From an uncultured Phycisphaerales bacterium (lineage in GTDB: Bacteria; Planctomycetota; Phycisphaerae; Sedimentisphaerales; Anaerobacaceae), in assembly GCA_963718665.1 (NCBI GenBank), contig OY970359.1, positions 96,001 through 160,000 on the forward strand: DNA of 64,000 bases. Reading direction: 5' to 3'. Shown piece by piece: positions 39,013 through 50,989 of this stretch (position 1 is the stretch's first letter; each line of letters opens with the position of its first letter). Made by a program: the position numbers and the translations under genes. Below the pieces are notes generated by a model. The model saw only the letters and a program-made list of their open reading frames with translations, was not told the DNA's origin and ran no database searches.

Positions 39013-39375
39013 ATGGAAGAACCGAAGAGATTTGTCGTTCAGAGGCACCAGAAAGAATCGGAGCCAACGCACTGGGATTTGATGCTGGAGCGTGGCGGGA
39101 TTCTGGAAACATATCGGCTGGCTGAGCCGCCTGAAAAATGGGGGAAAGGGACAATCGCGGCGGTGAAGATATTCGACCACCCCCTTAAATTCCTCAGCTA
39201 TGAGGGCAGCGTGAATGAGGGCAAAGGCCGAGTGGAAATAGCCGATTGCGGAACATACCGTCTAATCAAAAAGGACGAAAATCAAAAGCAGATTTCGTTC
39301 GCGGGTAAGCTGCTCAAATGGGAATATCGACTTTGCCTGATTGAAGACAACAGATGGGAGTTGAGGAGCGTTTAA
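39013..39375 (+). CDS. Stand-alone LigD 3'-phosphoesterase domain protein
   Basis: FVVQRH...HWDLMLE...DHP...YEG...G.V...D.G.Y. Confidence 0.8.
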   Translation: MEEPKRFVVQRHQKESEPTHWDLMLERGGILETYRLAEPPEKWGKGTIAAVKIFDHPLKFLSYEGSVNEGKGRVEIADCGTYRLIKKDENQKQISFAGKLLKWEYRLCLIEDNRWELRSV

Positions 39376-40742
39376 CCCGGTTTTTGGGCGATTTTGAGGA
39401 CGGCGTCGATATATTTGGCCGCAGCAGCTTTATCTTTTGCTTCGGCTATGACGCGGACGATGGGTTCGGTGTTGCTTGAGCGGATGTGAATCCAGGCGTC
39501 GGGGAAATCGAAACGGAAGCCGTCTGAAGAGTCAACTTTGGCGTCGGGGAAAAGTTTTTTAACAGCGTCGAGGATGAGTTTGACTTTTGCTTTGTCGGCG
39601 GGGAATTTGTATTTGGTCATTGAGTAGTGCGGTATTTCACCAACAAGTTGGCTAACGGTTTTACCTGTCTGTGCAAGCAACTGGAGGGCGAATGCCATAG
39701 CGACGATGGAATCGCGGATGGGGCCGACGCGGAGGTCGATGACACCGCCGTTGCCTTCGCCGCCGATGATGCAGTTATTTTTGAGCATCGCGGAGGCGAC
39801 GTTTGCCTCGCCGACCGGGGTGCGGATGACGTGCCCCCCTGCTGATTTAGCAATGTCGTCAATCATACGGGAAGTTGAGAGGTTTGCTGCGGCAGAGCCG
39901 GTTTGTTTGCTGAATATAAGTTTGGCGGCAAGAGCCAGGGTATATTCCTCGCCGATGTATGTACCCATCTCATCGACAATCGCAAGGCGGTCAGCGTCGG
40001 GGTCCTGGGCAAAGCCGATGTCGGCGTGAGCGTTTTTGACGGCATCGCAAAGGGATGTAAGATTTTCGGCGGTTGGTTCGGGCGTATGAGCAAACAGGCC
40101 CGTCGGTTCGGTATTTACTGGGGCGATTTTGCAGCCGAGAGCGGTAAGGAGTTTCATGCCCGGTCGCCCCCCTGCTCCATTTACACTGTCGAGGACGATT
40201 TTGAATTGTTTTTTAGCGATTGCCTTTTGGTCAACAATACGAAGGACTTTATCGAGGTGGATATCATCGGCCTGGCTATTTGCGGAGACATTGCCCTGTT
40301 TCAGCGAATCGGCGGAGACAAAATCCTTGTTAAGGAAACGATTTTTGATTTGCTCAGCGACATTGGGAGGCGGCGCCATAGCGTTATCGAGAAGCAATTT
40401 GACGCCGTTATATGGCAAGGGGTTATGAGAAGCGGTAATGATTACGCCGCCAGCACAGGCGAGATGCCTGACCATAATGCCGACGGTAGGTGTGGTGACA
40501 ATACCGAGGTCAATGACGCTAACGCCGACGGACGTAAGGCCTGAGGTTACGGCATCAGCGAGAGATTGCCCGCTGGGCCGAGAGTCGCGGCCCAGGCAGA
40601 CAACTAACTTTTCGATGTTGAGATTGCGCGAGCGCAGGAAAGAGCCAAACGCGCGACCGTAATCGGCAGCGACTTGCGGGGTGAGGTTTTCGCCGACAAT
40701 ACCCCTGAGACCGCTAACGGTAATAATCAGTTCGCGTGCCAT
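39372..40742 (-). CDS. glmM: Phosphoglucosamine mutase / phosphomannomutase
   Basis: TASHNP, DPDADR, GEGNGG, RSSNTEP. Confidence 0.85.
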   Translation of the reverse strand: MARELIITVSGLRGIVGENLTPQVAADYGRAFGSFLRSRNLNIEKLVVCLGRDSRPSGQSLADAVTSGLTSVGVSVIDLGIVTTPTVGIMVRHLACAGGVIITASHNPLPYNGVKLLLDNAMAPPPNVAEQIKNRFLNKDFVSADSLKQGNVSANSQADDIHLDKVLRIVDQKAIAKKQFKIVLDSVNGAGGRPGMKLLTALGCKIAPVNTEPTGLFAHTPEPTAENLTSLCDAVKNAHADIGFAQDPDADRLAIVDEMGTYIGEEYTLALAAKLIFSKQTGSAAANLSTSRMIDDIAKSAGGHVIRTPVGEANVASAMLKNNCIIGGEGNGGVIDLRVGPIRDSIVAMAFALQLLAQTGKTVSQLVGEIPHYSMTKYKFPADKAKVKLILDAVKKLFPDAKVDSSDGFRFDFPDAWIHIRSSNTEPIVRVIAEAKDKAAAAKYIDAVLKIAQKPG

Positions 40743-40799
40743 TAACCGCACACCCGTCGAGTCGCTGCCGATTCGTTTCCCATTTCCACGTCTGCGAAG

Positions 40800-42392
40800 T
40801 TAGTCAAGCTGGCAGACATAAATTTCATTAACGAAGTCGAGCTTGCGAAGGTCGTTGATTGTATCCTCATCAGGCGCCTTATCAAGCGAGACAGCGAGGA
40901 CGGCTTTCTGCTGGTCGAGCTTTTGGCCAACGCCCATAGTTGCGATGTTGATTTTGTGCTTGCCAAGCACCGTGCCAAGGTGGCCTATGACGCCGGGGCG
41001 GTCTTCGTTGAAGATAATGACGACCGCACCCTGCGGGGTTATCTCGGCGTTGAAACCGTCGATTTCGATAATTCGCAGGAGCTTTTCGCCGAAGACCGAG
41101 CCGGTGATAGTGCGAGTGGCTTTGTCGGTAACAACCTTAGCGGAGAAGCTGGAAGCGACGTCTTTTGGGGTCGGGTTTTTGGTTTCATCGATACTTATGC
41201 CTCGTTCCTTAGCCAGGACGGGAGTGTTGACCAGGTTCAGCGGCATCTCGAAATGCTTCTGGAGCAGGCCTATTGCGAAATTGAGTGTTACGGCCTGGAG
41301 AGGCATTTCAGCGATAGCGCCGCGATATTCGACCTGGACCTGTTTGATTTGTCCTGAAGCGAGAGTGCTCAGGACAACGCCTATTCGGCGGGCAAGCTCG
41401 GCATATTTGAGAACCAGCGGAGGCACAGCACCGGCAGTCGATGGCGCATTGAGGGCGTTTCTAATGGAATCGCCGCGTAAAGCATTTACAAGTATCTGGG
41501 CGGCCTCAACAGCGACCTCGATTTGGGCTTCTTCGGTGCTTGCGCCGAGGTGAGGCGTAACGAGGCAATTAGCGAATTCCTTGAACCGCGTATTTTCGGG
41601 CGGCTCCTTCGGGAAAACGTCAAGGGCTGCGCCTGCGATGCGTTTTTCGGTCAGAGCCGTGTAAAGCGCATCTTCATTGATGATGCCGCCGCGAGAACAG
41701 TTAACCAGGCGAACGGTCGGTTTCATCATTTTGAACTGTTCGGTGTTAATCATACTGAGCGTCTGCTCGTTCTTGGGAACATGGACGGTGATGTAATCCG
41801 CCTCTTTGTAGATTCTTTCGAGCTTGTCGGTGATTTCGATACCCAACTGGTCGGCTCCCGCTGGGACGGCAAGCGGGTCATAGCCAAGAATCTTCATATC
41901 GAAGCCCCTGGCCATTTTGGCGACGGCCATACCGATTCGGCCCAGACCTATGACGCCGAGAGTTTTGTTATTGAGCTGGTTGCCTTCGTATTGTTTCCTG
42001 TCCCATGCGCCGGCCTTAAGTGAATTACAGGCGGGAACAACATGTCGGCTCATCGCAAGCATCAGGGCCATAGTGTGCTCGGCTGCGCTGAGGGTGTTCC
42101 CGCCGGGCGTATTCATAACAAGGACGCCCTTGCGGGTCGCTTCTTTTACGTCAACGTTATCGATGCCGACGCCTGCTCTGGCAACGGCTTTGAATCTTCC
42201 GGGATTTGCAAGAACTTTCGCGGTAACCTTGGTTGTGCTGCGGATAATCAGGCCATCGTAGCCGCCGATTATACCTGCCAGCTCGTCTTCGCTTATACCC
42301 GTCTTGACGGTAACTTCGACATCGGACATTGCTTTAAGCAGGTTAATGCCTTCCTGTGCGAGTTTGTCTGTAATCAGAACCTTTATCATCAA
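40800..42392 (-). CDS. serA: D-3-phosphoglycerate dehydrogenase with ASB and ACT domains
   Basis: RAGVGIDNVD, GLGRIG, TPHLGASTEEAQ, DRPGVIG. Confidence 0.95.
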   Translation of the reverse strand: MMIKVLITDKLAQEGINLLKAMSDVEVTVKTGISEDELAGIIGGYDGLIIRSTTKVTAKVLANPGRFKAVARAGVGIDNVDVKEATRKGVLVMNTPGGNTLSAAEHTMALMLAMSRHVVPACNSLKAGAWDRKQYEGNQLNNKTLGVIGLGRIGMAVAKMARGFDMKILGYDPLAVPAGADQLGIEITDKLERIYKEADYITVHVPKNEQTLSMINTEQFKMMKPTVRLVNCSRGGIINEDALYTALTEKRIAGAALDVFPKEPPENTRFKEFANCLVTPHLGASTEEAQIEVAVEAAQILVNALRGDSIRNALNAPSTAGAVPPLVLKYAELARRIGVVLSTLASGQIKQVQVEYRGAIAEMPLQAVTLNFAIGLLQKHFEMPLNLVNTPVLAKERGISIDETKNPTPKDVASSFSAKVVTDKATRTITGSVFGEKLLRIIEIDGFNAEITPQGAVVIIFNEDRPGVIGHLGTVLGKHKINIATMGVGQKLDQQKAVLAVSLDKAPDEDTINDLRKLDFVNEIYVCQLD

Positions 42393-42440
42393 ATCATCCT
42401 TATATAAAAAAAGTTTCAGGTAAAATTTAGTTTATCAGTT

Positions 42441-43157
42441 TCACCACCCCGAGGCGGTTCGCTCATCCGATATTTTGAAACCGGTTTTTGGACAATTATA
42501 AAGATATCTTGTAACACAGTGCGAAGCGGCGGCGGCCAGACGGACAACAGCAGCATCCCGGCCCCGCCGCTCTGACTCGAACCCCACCTGAACAAGACGT
42601 GAGTTCTCGGTGGTCGGCCAGAGCTTTTCGCCTGATGAGACCCTGTAAAGCGACGCGTAAGCATCAAGTGAGCCGGCGACGTAGCCGCCCTCTGGTATAT
42701 CGCGGATTTTGCAGTCGGTAACGGTAACGACCAGTACCAGGTCGGCGCCGAGTTTTTCACCAACCTGCGTCGGGGAAAGCGTATAAAAATCAGGCGTTGC
42801 GGCTCGCAAATCGGCAAGAGAGTGATAATCGATAAACAGCGAGGGCGATATCCTGGCCCTGTCTTTGTCCTGAAGAATTTTGGTTATCATATCGGTGATA
42901 TAGAATCGCAGGTTGGGATAGGCGCTTAGATAAGCGGGCTGGTCAACAAAGACGAGAATTTTCTGGTCCTTGTCTTTGGAGAGGTCGTATTCAGCCGAAG
43001 CGCCTGCTTCGGCAGAAGTCGGGGTGCTGATGACGGATACCAAACCCACGGCATCACAGCCGGCGTAAAACAGAACCAGCGGCAGGCCCGCGCAAAATAA
43101 TACGGCGGGCCAAAACGAGCATATCGTGATACCAGATTTTGCCTTTTTCGGTTTCAC
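42441..43157 (-). CDS. Hypothetical lipoprotein
   Basis: Hydrophobic N-terminus ending in YAGC lipobox. Confidence 0.6.
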   Translation of the reverse strand: MKPKKAKSGITICSFWPAVLFCAGLPLVLFYAGCDAVGLVSVISTPTSAEAGASAEYDLSKDKDQKILVFVDQPAYLSAYPNLRFYITDMITKILQDKDRARISPSLFIDYHSLADLRAATPDFYTLSPTQVGEKLGADLVLVVTVTDCKIRDIPEGGYVAGSLDAYASLYRVSSGEKLWPTTENSRLVQVGFESERRGRDAAVVRLAAAASHCVTRYLYNCPKTGFKISDERTASGW

Positions 43158-43172
43158 TTCACCTCAGCGTCT

Positions 43173-43640
43173 TCAATTGCCGCTGTTCTGTGCTATTGCT
43201 CTTGCGAGCGTTACAGCCCAGCCGGCAGCCAAAATCAACAACAACGCGGCGAGGATGTATCGCAGTTTCAGCGATGCAAGCCGCCGCTCAAGTAACGGTG
43301 AATATACGCCAAAACCGGCGACAAGGAAAGCAAAAAATGCGATTATAGTCGCAAGACAGCAGAAAAATCCCGCGGCGGGCTGGGCGTAAAAGGCGTCGCT
43401 TATATGCCCGTGGGAAAAAGCGATGACGGCGGTGGTCATACCACAGGTCGGGCAAGGGAGGTTATAACGCTGCTTAAAGCCGCAGGGATAAGGATATAAA
43501 GAGAAATGGAATTGGCCCATAAGCCAGCCAAGAGTAAAGCCGGCGGCAATGACAAGAAAGACGGCGGCCGCAATCAGCCGCTGATTGGCGGTAGCACGCG
43601 AAAACAACTTCGGCAAGATTGGTTGTTGGCCTGATTCCAT
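43173..43640 (-). CDS. DUF2752-like membrane protein
   Basis: C.F...LPCPTCGMTT motif followed by TM helices. Confidence 0.8.
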   Translation of the reverse strand: MESGQQPILPKLFSRATANQRLIAAAVFLVIAAGFTLGWLMGQFHFSLYPYPCGFKQRYNLPCPTCGMTTAVIAFSHGHISDAFYAQPAAGFFCCLATIIAFFAFLVAGFGVYSPLLERRLASLKLRYILAALLLILAAGWAVTLARAIAQNSGN

Positions 43641-43692
43641 AAGGGCGTTACAATACCGGTATTCTCAGATTGCGTCAAGAAAGGAAAAATAT

Positions 43693-44505
43693 ATGGGACT
43701 TGAACAAAAGGATTTGAGCAGGATGCTGGAAGCGGCGGAGGTCGCGGCCCGATTGGCGGGACAAAGGGCGATGGAGGAATTGAGCCATATTAAGGTGTCC
43801 GTGAAAGGGCCGGACCAGCTCGTAACGCAGGCGGATACGATTTGCCAGCAAATAATAATCGACCGGATAAAGGAAACATATCCGGACGACGGATTTATAG
43901 GCGAGGAAGGCCCGAAAGGCAAGATGTTCAAACAGCCGCCAAGGGGAAGCAAAAAGGTGTGGTGGGTAATCGACCCGATTGACGGGACGACCAATTTCGC
44001 CAAAGGGATGCTGTTGTTTTCGGTATCGATTGCGGCGATGTATGAGGGTGAGCCGGTGGTGGGAGTGATTTATGACCCGGCGACGGACTCGATGTTCACG
44101 ACCGTAAAAGGAGGCGAGGCCCGGCTAAATAACAGGCGAATCATCGCCAGCGACGACGGCTTCGACAACTTCTCCAGTATCGGCACCGACAGCTTCTTCG
44201 ATAATGGCGTGCCGAAATGGGTAATCGCGCTTATGAAAAAGGCGAGGTTGCGCACCTTAGGCAGCTCGTGCCTGCAATTAGCGTATTTAGCGAAAGGTTC
44301 GCTTGTCGGGGTGGTTTTTGTCAGGCCGAAGATTTGGGACGTGGCGGCGGGCATCTTGATAGCCGAATCCGCGGGCGCAATCGTCAGCGGCTGGAAAGGC
44401 AACAAGCTTTTCCCGATAAACCTCGACAATTACGCGGGGCAGGAACTGGCGACCGTCGGGGGAAACAAAAAGGTTTACTCAGAAATGGCGGCACTACTCA
44501 AATAA
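43693..44505 (+). CDS. suhB: Inositol monophosphatase family protein
   Basis: GEE, WVIDPIDGTTNF, WDVAAG. Confidence 0.85.
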   Translation: MGLEQKDLSRMLEAAEVAARLAGQRAMEELSHIKVSVKGPDQLVTQADTICQQIIIDRIKETYPDDGFIGEEGPKGKMFKQPPRGSKKVWWVIDPIDGTTNFAKGMLLFSVSIAAMYEGEPVVGVIYDPATDSMFTTVKGGEARLNNRRIIASDDGFDNFSSIGTDSFFDNGVPKWVIALMKKARLRTLGSSCLQLAYLAKGSLVGVVFVRPKIWDVAAGILIAESAGAIVSGWKGNKLFPINLDNYAGQELATVGGNKKVYSEMAALLK

Positions 44506-44557
44506 TTTCGGATTTCGGATTGTAGATTGCGGATTTGCAATAAGGAATGTTGATTTT

Positions 44558-44911
44558 ATGACACCGGAAGAATTGAAAAGAAGAACAAAAGCATTTGGGC
44601 TTACCGTAATCAAATTGGTTGACCAGCTTCCTCGAACTCGTTCAGCAAATGCTATTGGAAATCAATTGGTTCGCTCTGCTACCTCCGTTGGCGCCAATTA
44701 CCGTGCGGCCTGTCGTGCAAGATCAAAAGCAGAATTTGCTGCAAAATTAGGAATTGTTGAGGAAGAAGCGGATGAGTCGGCATACTGGATTGAGATGTTG
44801 ATTGAAGCGGGTATGGCACCGCAGAATCGTGTTACAGAAATGCTTAGTGAAGCCAATGAACTGGTAGCAATAGTCGTCGCTTCTTTGAATACCGTAAAGA
44901 AAACACGATAA
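44558..44911 (+). CDS. Four-helix-bundle protein (23S rRNA IVS protein / Avd-like, TIGR02436-type)
   Basis: QLVRSATSVGANYRAA.RA.S.AEF..KL.IVEEEADES.YW. Confidence 0.9.
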   Translation: MTPEELKRRTKAFGLTVIKLVDQLPRTRSANAIGNQLVRSATSVGANYRAACRARSKAEFAAKLGIVEEEADESAYWIEMLIEAGMAPQNRVTEMLSEANELVAIVVASLNTVKKTR

Positions 44912-45087
44912 CTTGTTAGTATGCAATCTGCAATCCGCAATGAATCACCTTGGGTCTGGCACTTGTTGTATAGCAATAATTTTTACTTTTTTCACCTGTA
45001 CCCCCCTGCCGGAGGCGAATTTTGTCCCCTTTTTTAAAAAATCTGCTTAGATAGTGTCATATTATGTCACTGCTGGGGGATTTTCTA

Positions 45088-45116
45088 TTGACTTTGTTCA
45101 TAATGCTGGTTATAGT
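45088..45116 (+). promoter_or_regulatory. Putative sigma-70 promoter
   Basis: TTGACT-N17-TATAGT upstream of 45161; imperfect palindrome AGTGTCATA-T-TATGTCACT just upstream. Confidence 0.5.
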
Positions 45117-45160
45117 CAGCTTGTTATGATAAAAAACACTACCCAAGGAGAGGACATTTT

Positions 45161-45889
45161 ATGAGCAATCCTAAGTTGCTTATATTTGCGGGGGTTATCT
45201 GTCTTGGAGCTTGTGGCCTTGTTCCGGCCTACGATATCCCTAATCTGGATCTGAACAACGACAGCAGGGTCGATTTTTCTGATTTCGCCATACTGGCAGG
45301 CAACTGGCAACAATCAGGAACCAACCTTGCGGGCGACATCGATAACAGTGGAACGGTAGATATAAATGACCTTACTGTTTTTTGCTGGTATTGGCTTACC
45401 GAATATAGCGAGTATCAGCAATGCCAAAAAGCGGATTTGAATAACGATGGCATAATCGCCTTTGAGGATTTGGCCATATTTGCACAAAACTGGTTACAGG
45501 CGGGCACAGGTCTTATCGGTGATTTTGATGACAGCAATCTCGTTGACTATGCTGATTTAGCCGTAATGGCGGATTGCTGGCTTAAAGGAAATAGGCCGGA
45601 GGATATCTGGGAACAATTCAAAGCGGCTTTGAATGCCGGTGATACAAATAAGGCACTGACTTTTGTCTCTGAAATATCGAGGGACAAATATGCCTCTATT
45701 TTCCAAATCATCGGGCCAGGCTTGCCGGATTACGCCGCAGGGATGGGCGATTTGATTTTAAAATCGACCTCCGAAATAGATGGAGAAATCAAATATGAAA
45801 TGACTCATCAGGTCAGTTCCGCCACATATCTCTTCCCGGTTATTTTTATAAAAGATGAGCATGGAAACTGGCAAATATACAACTTCTAA
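45161..45889 (+). CDS. Secreted protein with four dockerin/EF-hand-like repeats and a small C-terminal domain
   Basis: Signal peptide; DLNNDSRVDFSDF, DIDNSGTVDINDL, DLNNDGIIAFEDL, DFDDSNLVDYADL. Confidence 0.8.
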   Translation: MSNPKLLIFAGVICLGACGLVPAYDIPNLDLNNDSRVDFSDFAILAGNWQQSGTNLAGDIDNSGTVDINDLTVFCWYWLTEYSEYQQCQKADLNNDGIIAFEDLAIFAQNWLQAGTGLIGDFDDSNLVDYADLAVMADCWLKGNRPEDIWEQFKAALNAGDTNKALTFVSEISRDKYASIFQIIGPGLPDYAAGMGDLILKSTSEIDGEIKYEMTHQVSSATYLFPVIFIKDEHGNWQIYNF

Positions 45890-45908
45890 AAATTAGGATG
45901 GCGAATAA

Positions 45909-46262
45909 GTGGTGACGGAACAAGAAAACGACAAAAAACCAGATAACCCGCAAAGAAACTGGGTTGATACTGCAATGGATATAATTTTCCTAACGCCAAT
46001 AGCCATCGTGGCATTTATTGGAGGAGCTTATTTATTGATAAGAGTAATAGGACGTTTTGTGCCTTTTTGGTTCTCCGGCATCGCAGGTCCCCTTACAGTT
46101 CTTGCGTTTGATGTGTTATGGGGTGTTATTATGAAACAGTGGCATCCTATAAGCGACCAAATGAAAGTACTCAAAAAAATTCTATTTGTAATTGTATATG
46201 CCTTCTCTACATCAGTATTGGTATGTTGGTTAATAGGCCGTCTTTTCCGTCATGTATGGTGA
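45909..46262 (+). CDS. Small membrane protein, hypothetical
   Basis: 117 aa, three TM segments, tightly spaced between its neighbours. Confidence 0.6.
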   Translation: MVTEQENDKKPDNPQRNWVDTAMDIIFLTPIAIVAFIGGAYLLIRVIGRFVPFWFSGIAGPLTVLAFDVLWGVIMKQWHPISDQMKVLKKILFVIVYAFSTSVLVCWLIGRLFRHVW

Positions 46263-46272
46263 GGATTAGGAA

Positions 46273-48333
46273 ATGAATAAATATGGAATTCCGACATTGC
46301 TGATAATAACTATCATTCTTCTTGCATTTGGCGGCACCGTTTTTGGTTTTTGCAACCAAATTACGCATCCTGCAATAACAAGCAGTGCCGTCGGGGAATC
46401 GGTAATTGACGACTATTTGAAAAACCAACTTGGTATGGTTAATGGCATTCAGACCCAATTAAACTATCAGCCTGATTGGTATCAGATGTATATTCAATAC
46501 AGGTTGCAAAGAGGCGGTTATTCGACAGGTGGGCCTAATAGAACAGTTTTAGAATGGATGAAATCGGGTAGTGTTATCGAAGATGAGGATAAGGATGTTT
46601 GGCCTCCATTCCTACCAAGTATTCGACCTCGGCATCATTTTCACGACCCTTTACGCAATTCAGGACTCGATGATAAAACAGACCATCCAAACTATGCTAA
46701 CCTATTTGCGTGGACCACTCATTTTTACCCGGGCGAATTCGATGTTACTGGCCAATCTGCCATAGTGTGGGCTATAAAAGGAACAGCACCGTATGATAAA
46801 GAGCCGACTACCAATGCGCAATCATGGGTTAATGCAAGAGATGATTTTTATTCGGCATTGACCGACCCTAATTCGCTCTGGAGGGAATACTATCTTGCCT
46901 CTGCATTTTTGGATTTGGGTTCTGTGGCACACATGATTGAAGATATGGGCGTGCCTGCACATACGAGAAATGATTTTCTGTTCGGACACTATCAGCCCCC
47001 TGCGAGTATCGGTAATGATTTTGAAAACTGGGTTGAAGGAATTGTTAAGAGTGATGGCAACCAATGCCCGTGGTCGAGCAGTTCGCCTGTGATTTTTGAT
47101 AAACTTGCCAAATATTTCGATGCTAATGCTTACTTAGGTGATTATCTTGGCGATGGCGTTTTGCCACCAAATACCTGGGGGCTTTCCGAATGCAGCAATT
47201 ATCAGTTTCTTTCAACAAGCACGATGTTCGGGTGCACCGGGATAAAATATCAATTTCCTAATCCTGCCAAAGAGCATCTCGGCCCAGATTTATCAAACCC
47301 CGTACCGGAAGGGGTAAAATTGTATTTCAATGGCTCAAACTATGGTGTTTCTCATCTTGCCCGCGAATCCTATACATACTATTTTACAGACGAACACGGC
47401 GTTTACGGCGAGGAAATAGACAATACTAACACTACAGACGATGTGCAGGTCTTTGAAGATTACGCCAATATCACGGTTCCGCGAACGATTAACTATGCGA
47501 CCGGCCTGATAAATTACTTTTTCCGCGGAAAACTGAGTATCGAGCAAACCGATTGCAACAATGGCAAAATCGTGATTGCAATTACAAACAAATCGACCAA
47601 TTCCGATGTAAACCAAATATTAAAAGGTGGGACATTCACGCTCTATTGGGATGATTCGTCAGGCAATAGAACCGTCGTAAGCGATTTTACCGTTTACCAG
47701 CCGGGCACTGAGCCGATAGCGGGCAACGAGTGGAATTCGTCAGCACAAATGAATTATGGCCAGACCACTAAGGCGGTTTTCACTCCGCCGACTTCGGATG
47801 ATATTCAATATGTTCTGATCTATGAAGGAATTATCAGCTCAAACCCAAATTCACCCGACTCGGACGATACACGCCAAATCGCGACGGGCAAGGCGCAAAT
47901 GTCCCTTTGTGACATTTCCAGCACTTATTCGGCAGTATTAACTGGTGTTGTTACGTGTTATCCATCTCCATTTCCGGATTCCGCGGCAGAAACTCTTAAT
48001 GACGTAAATGTTACCTTAAATTTTTTATGCAAATGTTACAATAGGTGCTGGTATTGGGGTCATAGCCCAGACGGATATTGGCAATATGTGCTATGGTTGG
48101 ATTATTATGATTTAGGTGCACATTTTTACATAAGAAGCGAACGGATGTACTATACAAGAACCGCTTTTGTAAGTTATTTTAATTTAACAGGTGACAATAC
48201 GCTTGCAAATGAATTATCTGGTGACTGCGCAACATTTGACGGCTACGATTTAATTAACGCTTGTGAATTTTGTGCGTGGGGCAGGATAGGAGCATGCGCA
48301 AGTGGCGGCACAGTGCATTTGGTCAGGAACTAA
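46273..48333 (+). CDS. Secreted protein with a Zn-dependent phospholipase C / S1-P1 nuclease-like N-terminal domain
   Basis: Signal peptide; TH..IT, ED, HHFHDP, LGSVAHMIEDMGVPAH, FE; Cys-rich C-terminus. Confidence 0.55.
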   Translation: MNKYGIPTLLIITIILLAFGGTVFGFCNQITHPAITSSAVGESVIDDYLKNQLGMVNGIQTQLNYQPDWYQMYIQYRLQRGGYSTGGPNRTVLEWMKSGSVIEDEDKDVWPPFLPSIRPRHHFHDPLRNSGLDDKTDHPNYANLFAWTTHFYPGEFDVTGQSAIVWAIKGTAPYDKEPTTNAQSWVNARDDFYSALTDPNSLWREYYLASAFLDLGSVAHMIEDMGVPAHTRNDFLFGHYQPPASIGNDFENWVEGIVKSDGNQCPWSSSSPVIFDKLAKYFDANAYLGDYLGDGVLPPNTWGLSECSNYQFLSTSTMFGCTGIKYQFPNPAKEHLGPDLSNPVPEGVKLYFNGSNYGVSHLARESYTYYFTDEHGVYGEEIDNTNTTDDVQVFEDYANITVPRTINYATGLINYFFRGKLSIEQTDCNNGKIVIAITNKSTNSDVNQILKGGTFTLYWDDSSGNRTVVSDFTVYQPGTEPIAGNEWNSSAQMNYGQTTKAVFTPPTSDDIQYVLIYEGIISSNPNSPDSDDTRQIATGKAQMSLCDISSTYSAVLTGVVTCYPSPFPDSAAETLNDVNVTLNFLCKCYNRCWYWGHSPDGYWQYVLWLDYYDLGAHFYIRSERMYYTRTAFVSYFNLTGDNTLANELSGDCATFDGYDLINACEFCAWGRIGACASGGTVHLVRN

Positions 48334-48417
48334 GTATGTCTTGTTGTGGCGGATTTTTGCCAACAGCGTGTAGAAGCCAGCAATCAGTGTTCGTATTTTA
48401 AAATCGACAATCGTCAA

Positions 48418-50988
<2,571 letters not shown>

Positions 50989-50989
50989 A

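Noticed and set aside
44558..44911. Diversity-generating retroelement suggested by the Avd-like protein
   Set aside because: No reverse transcriptase and no template/variable repeat pair differing at adenines was seen in the window.
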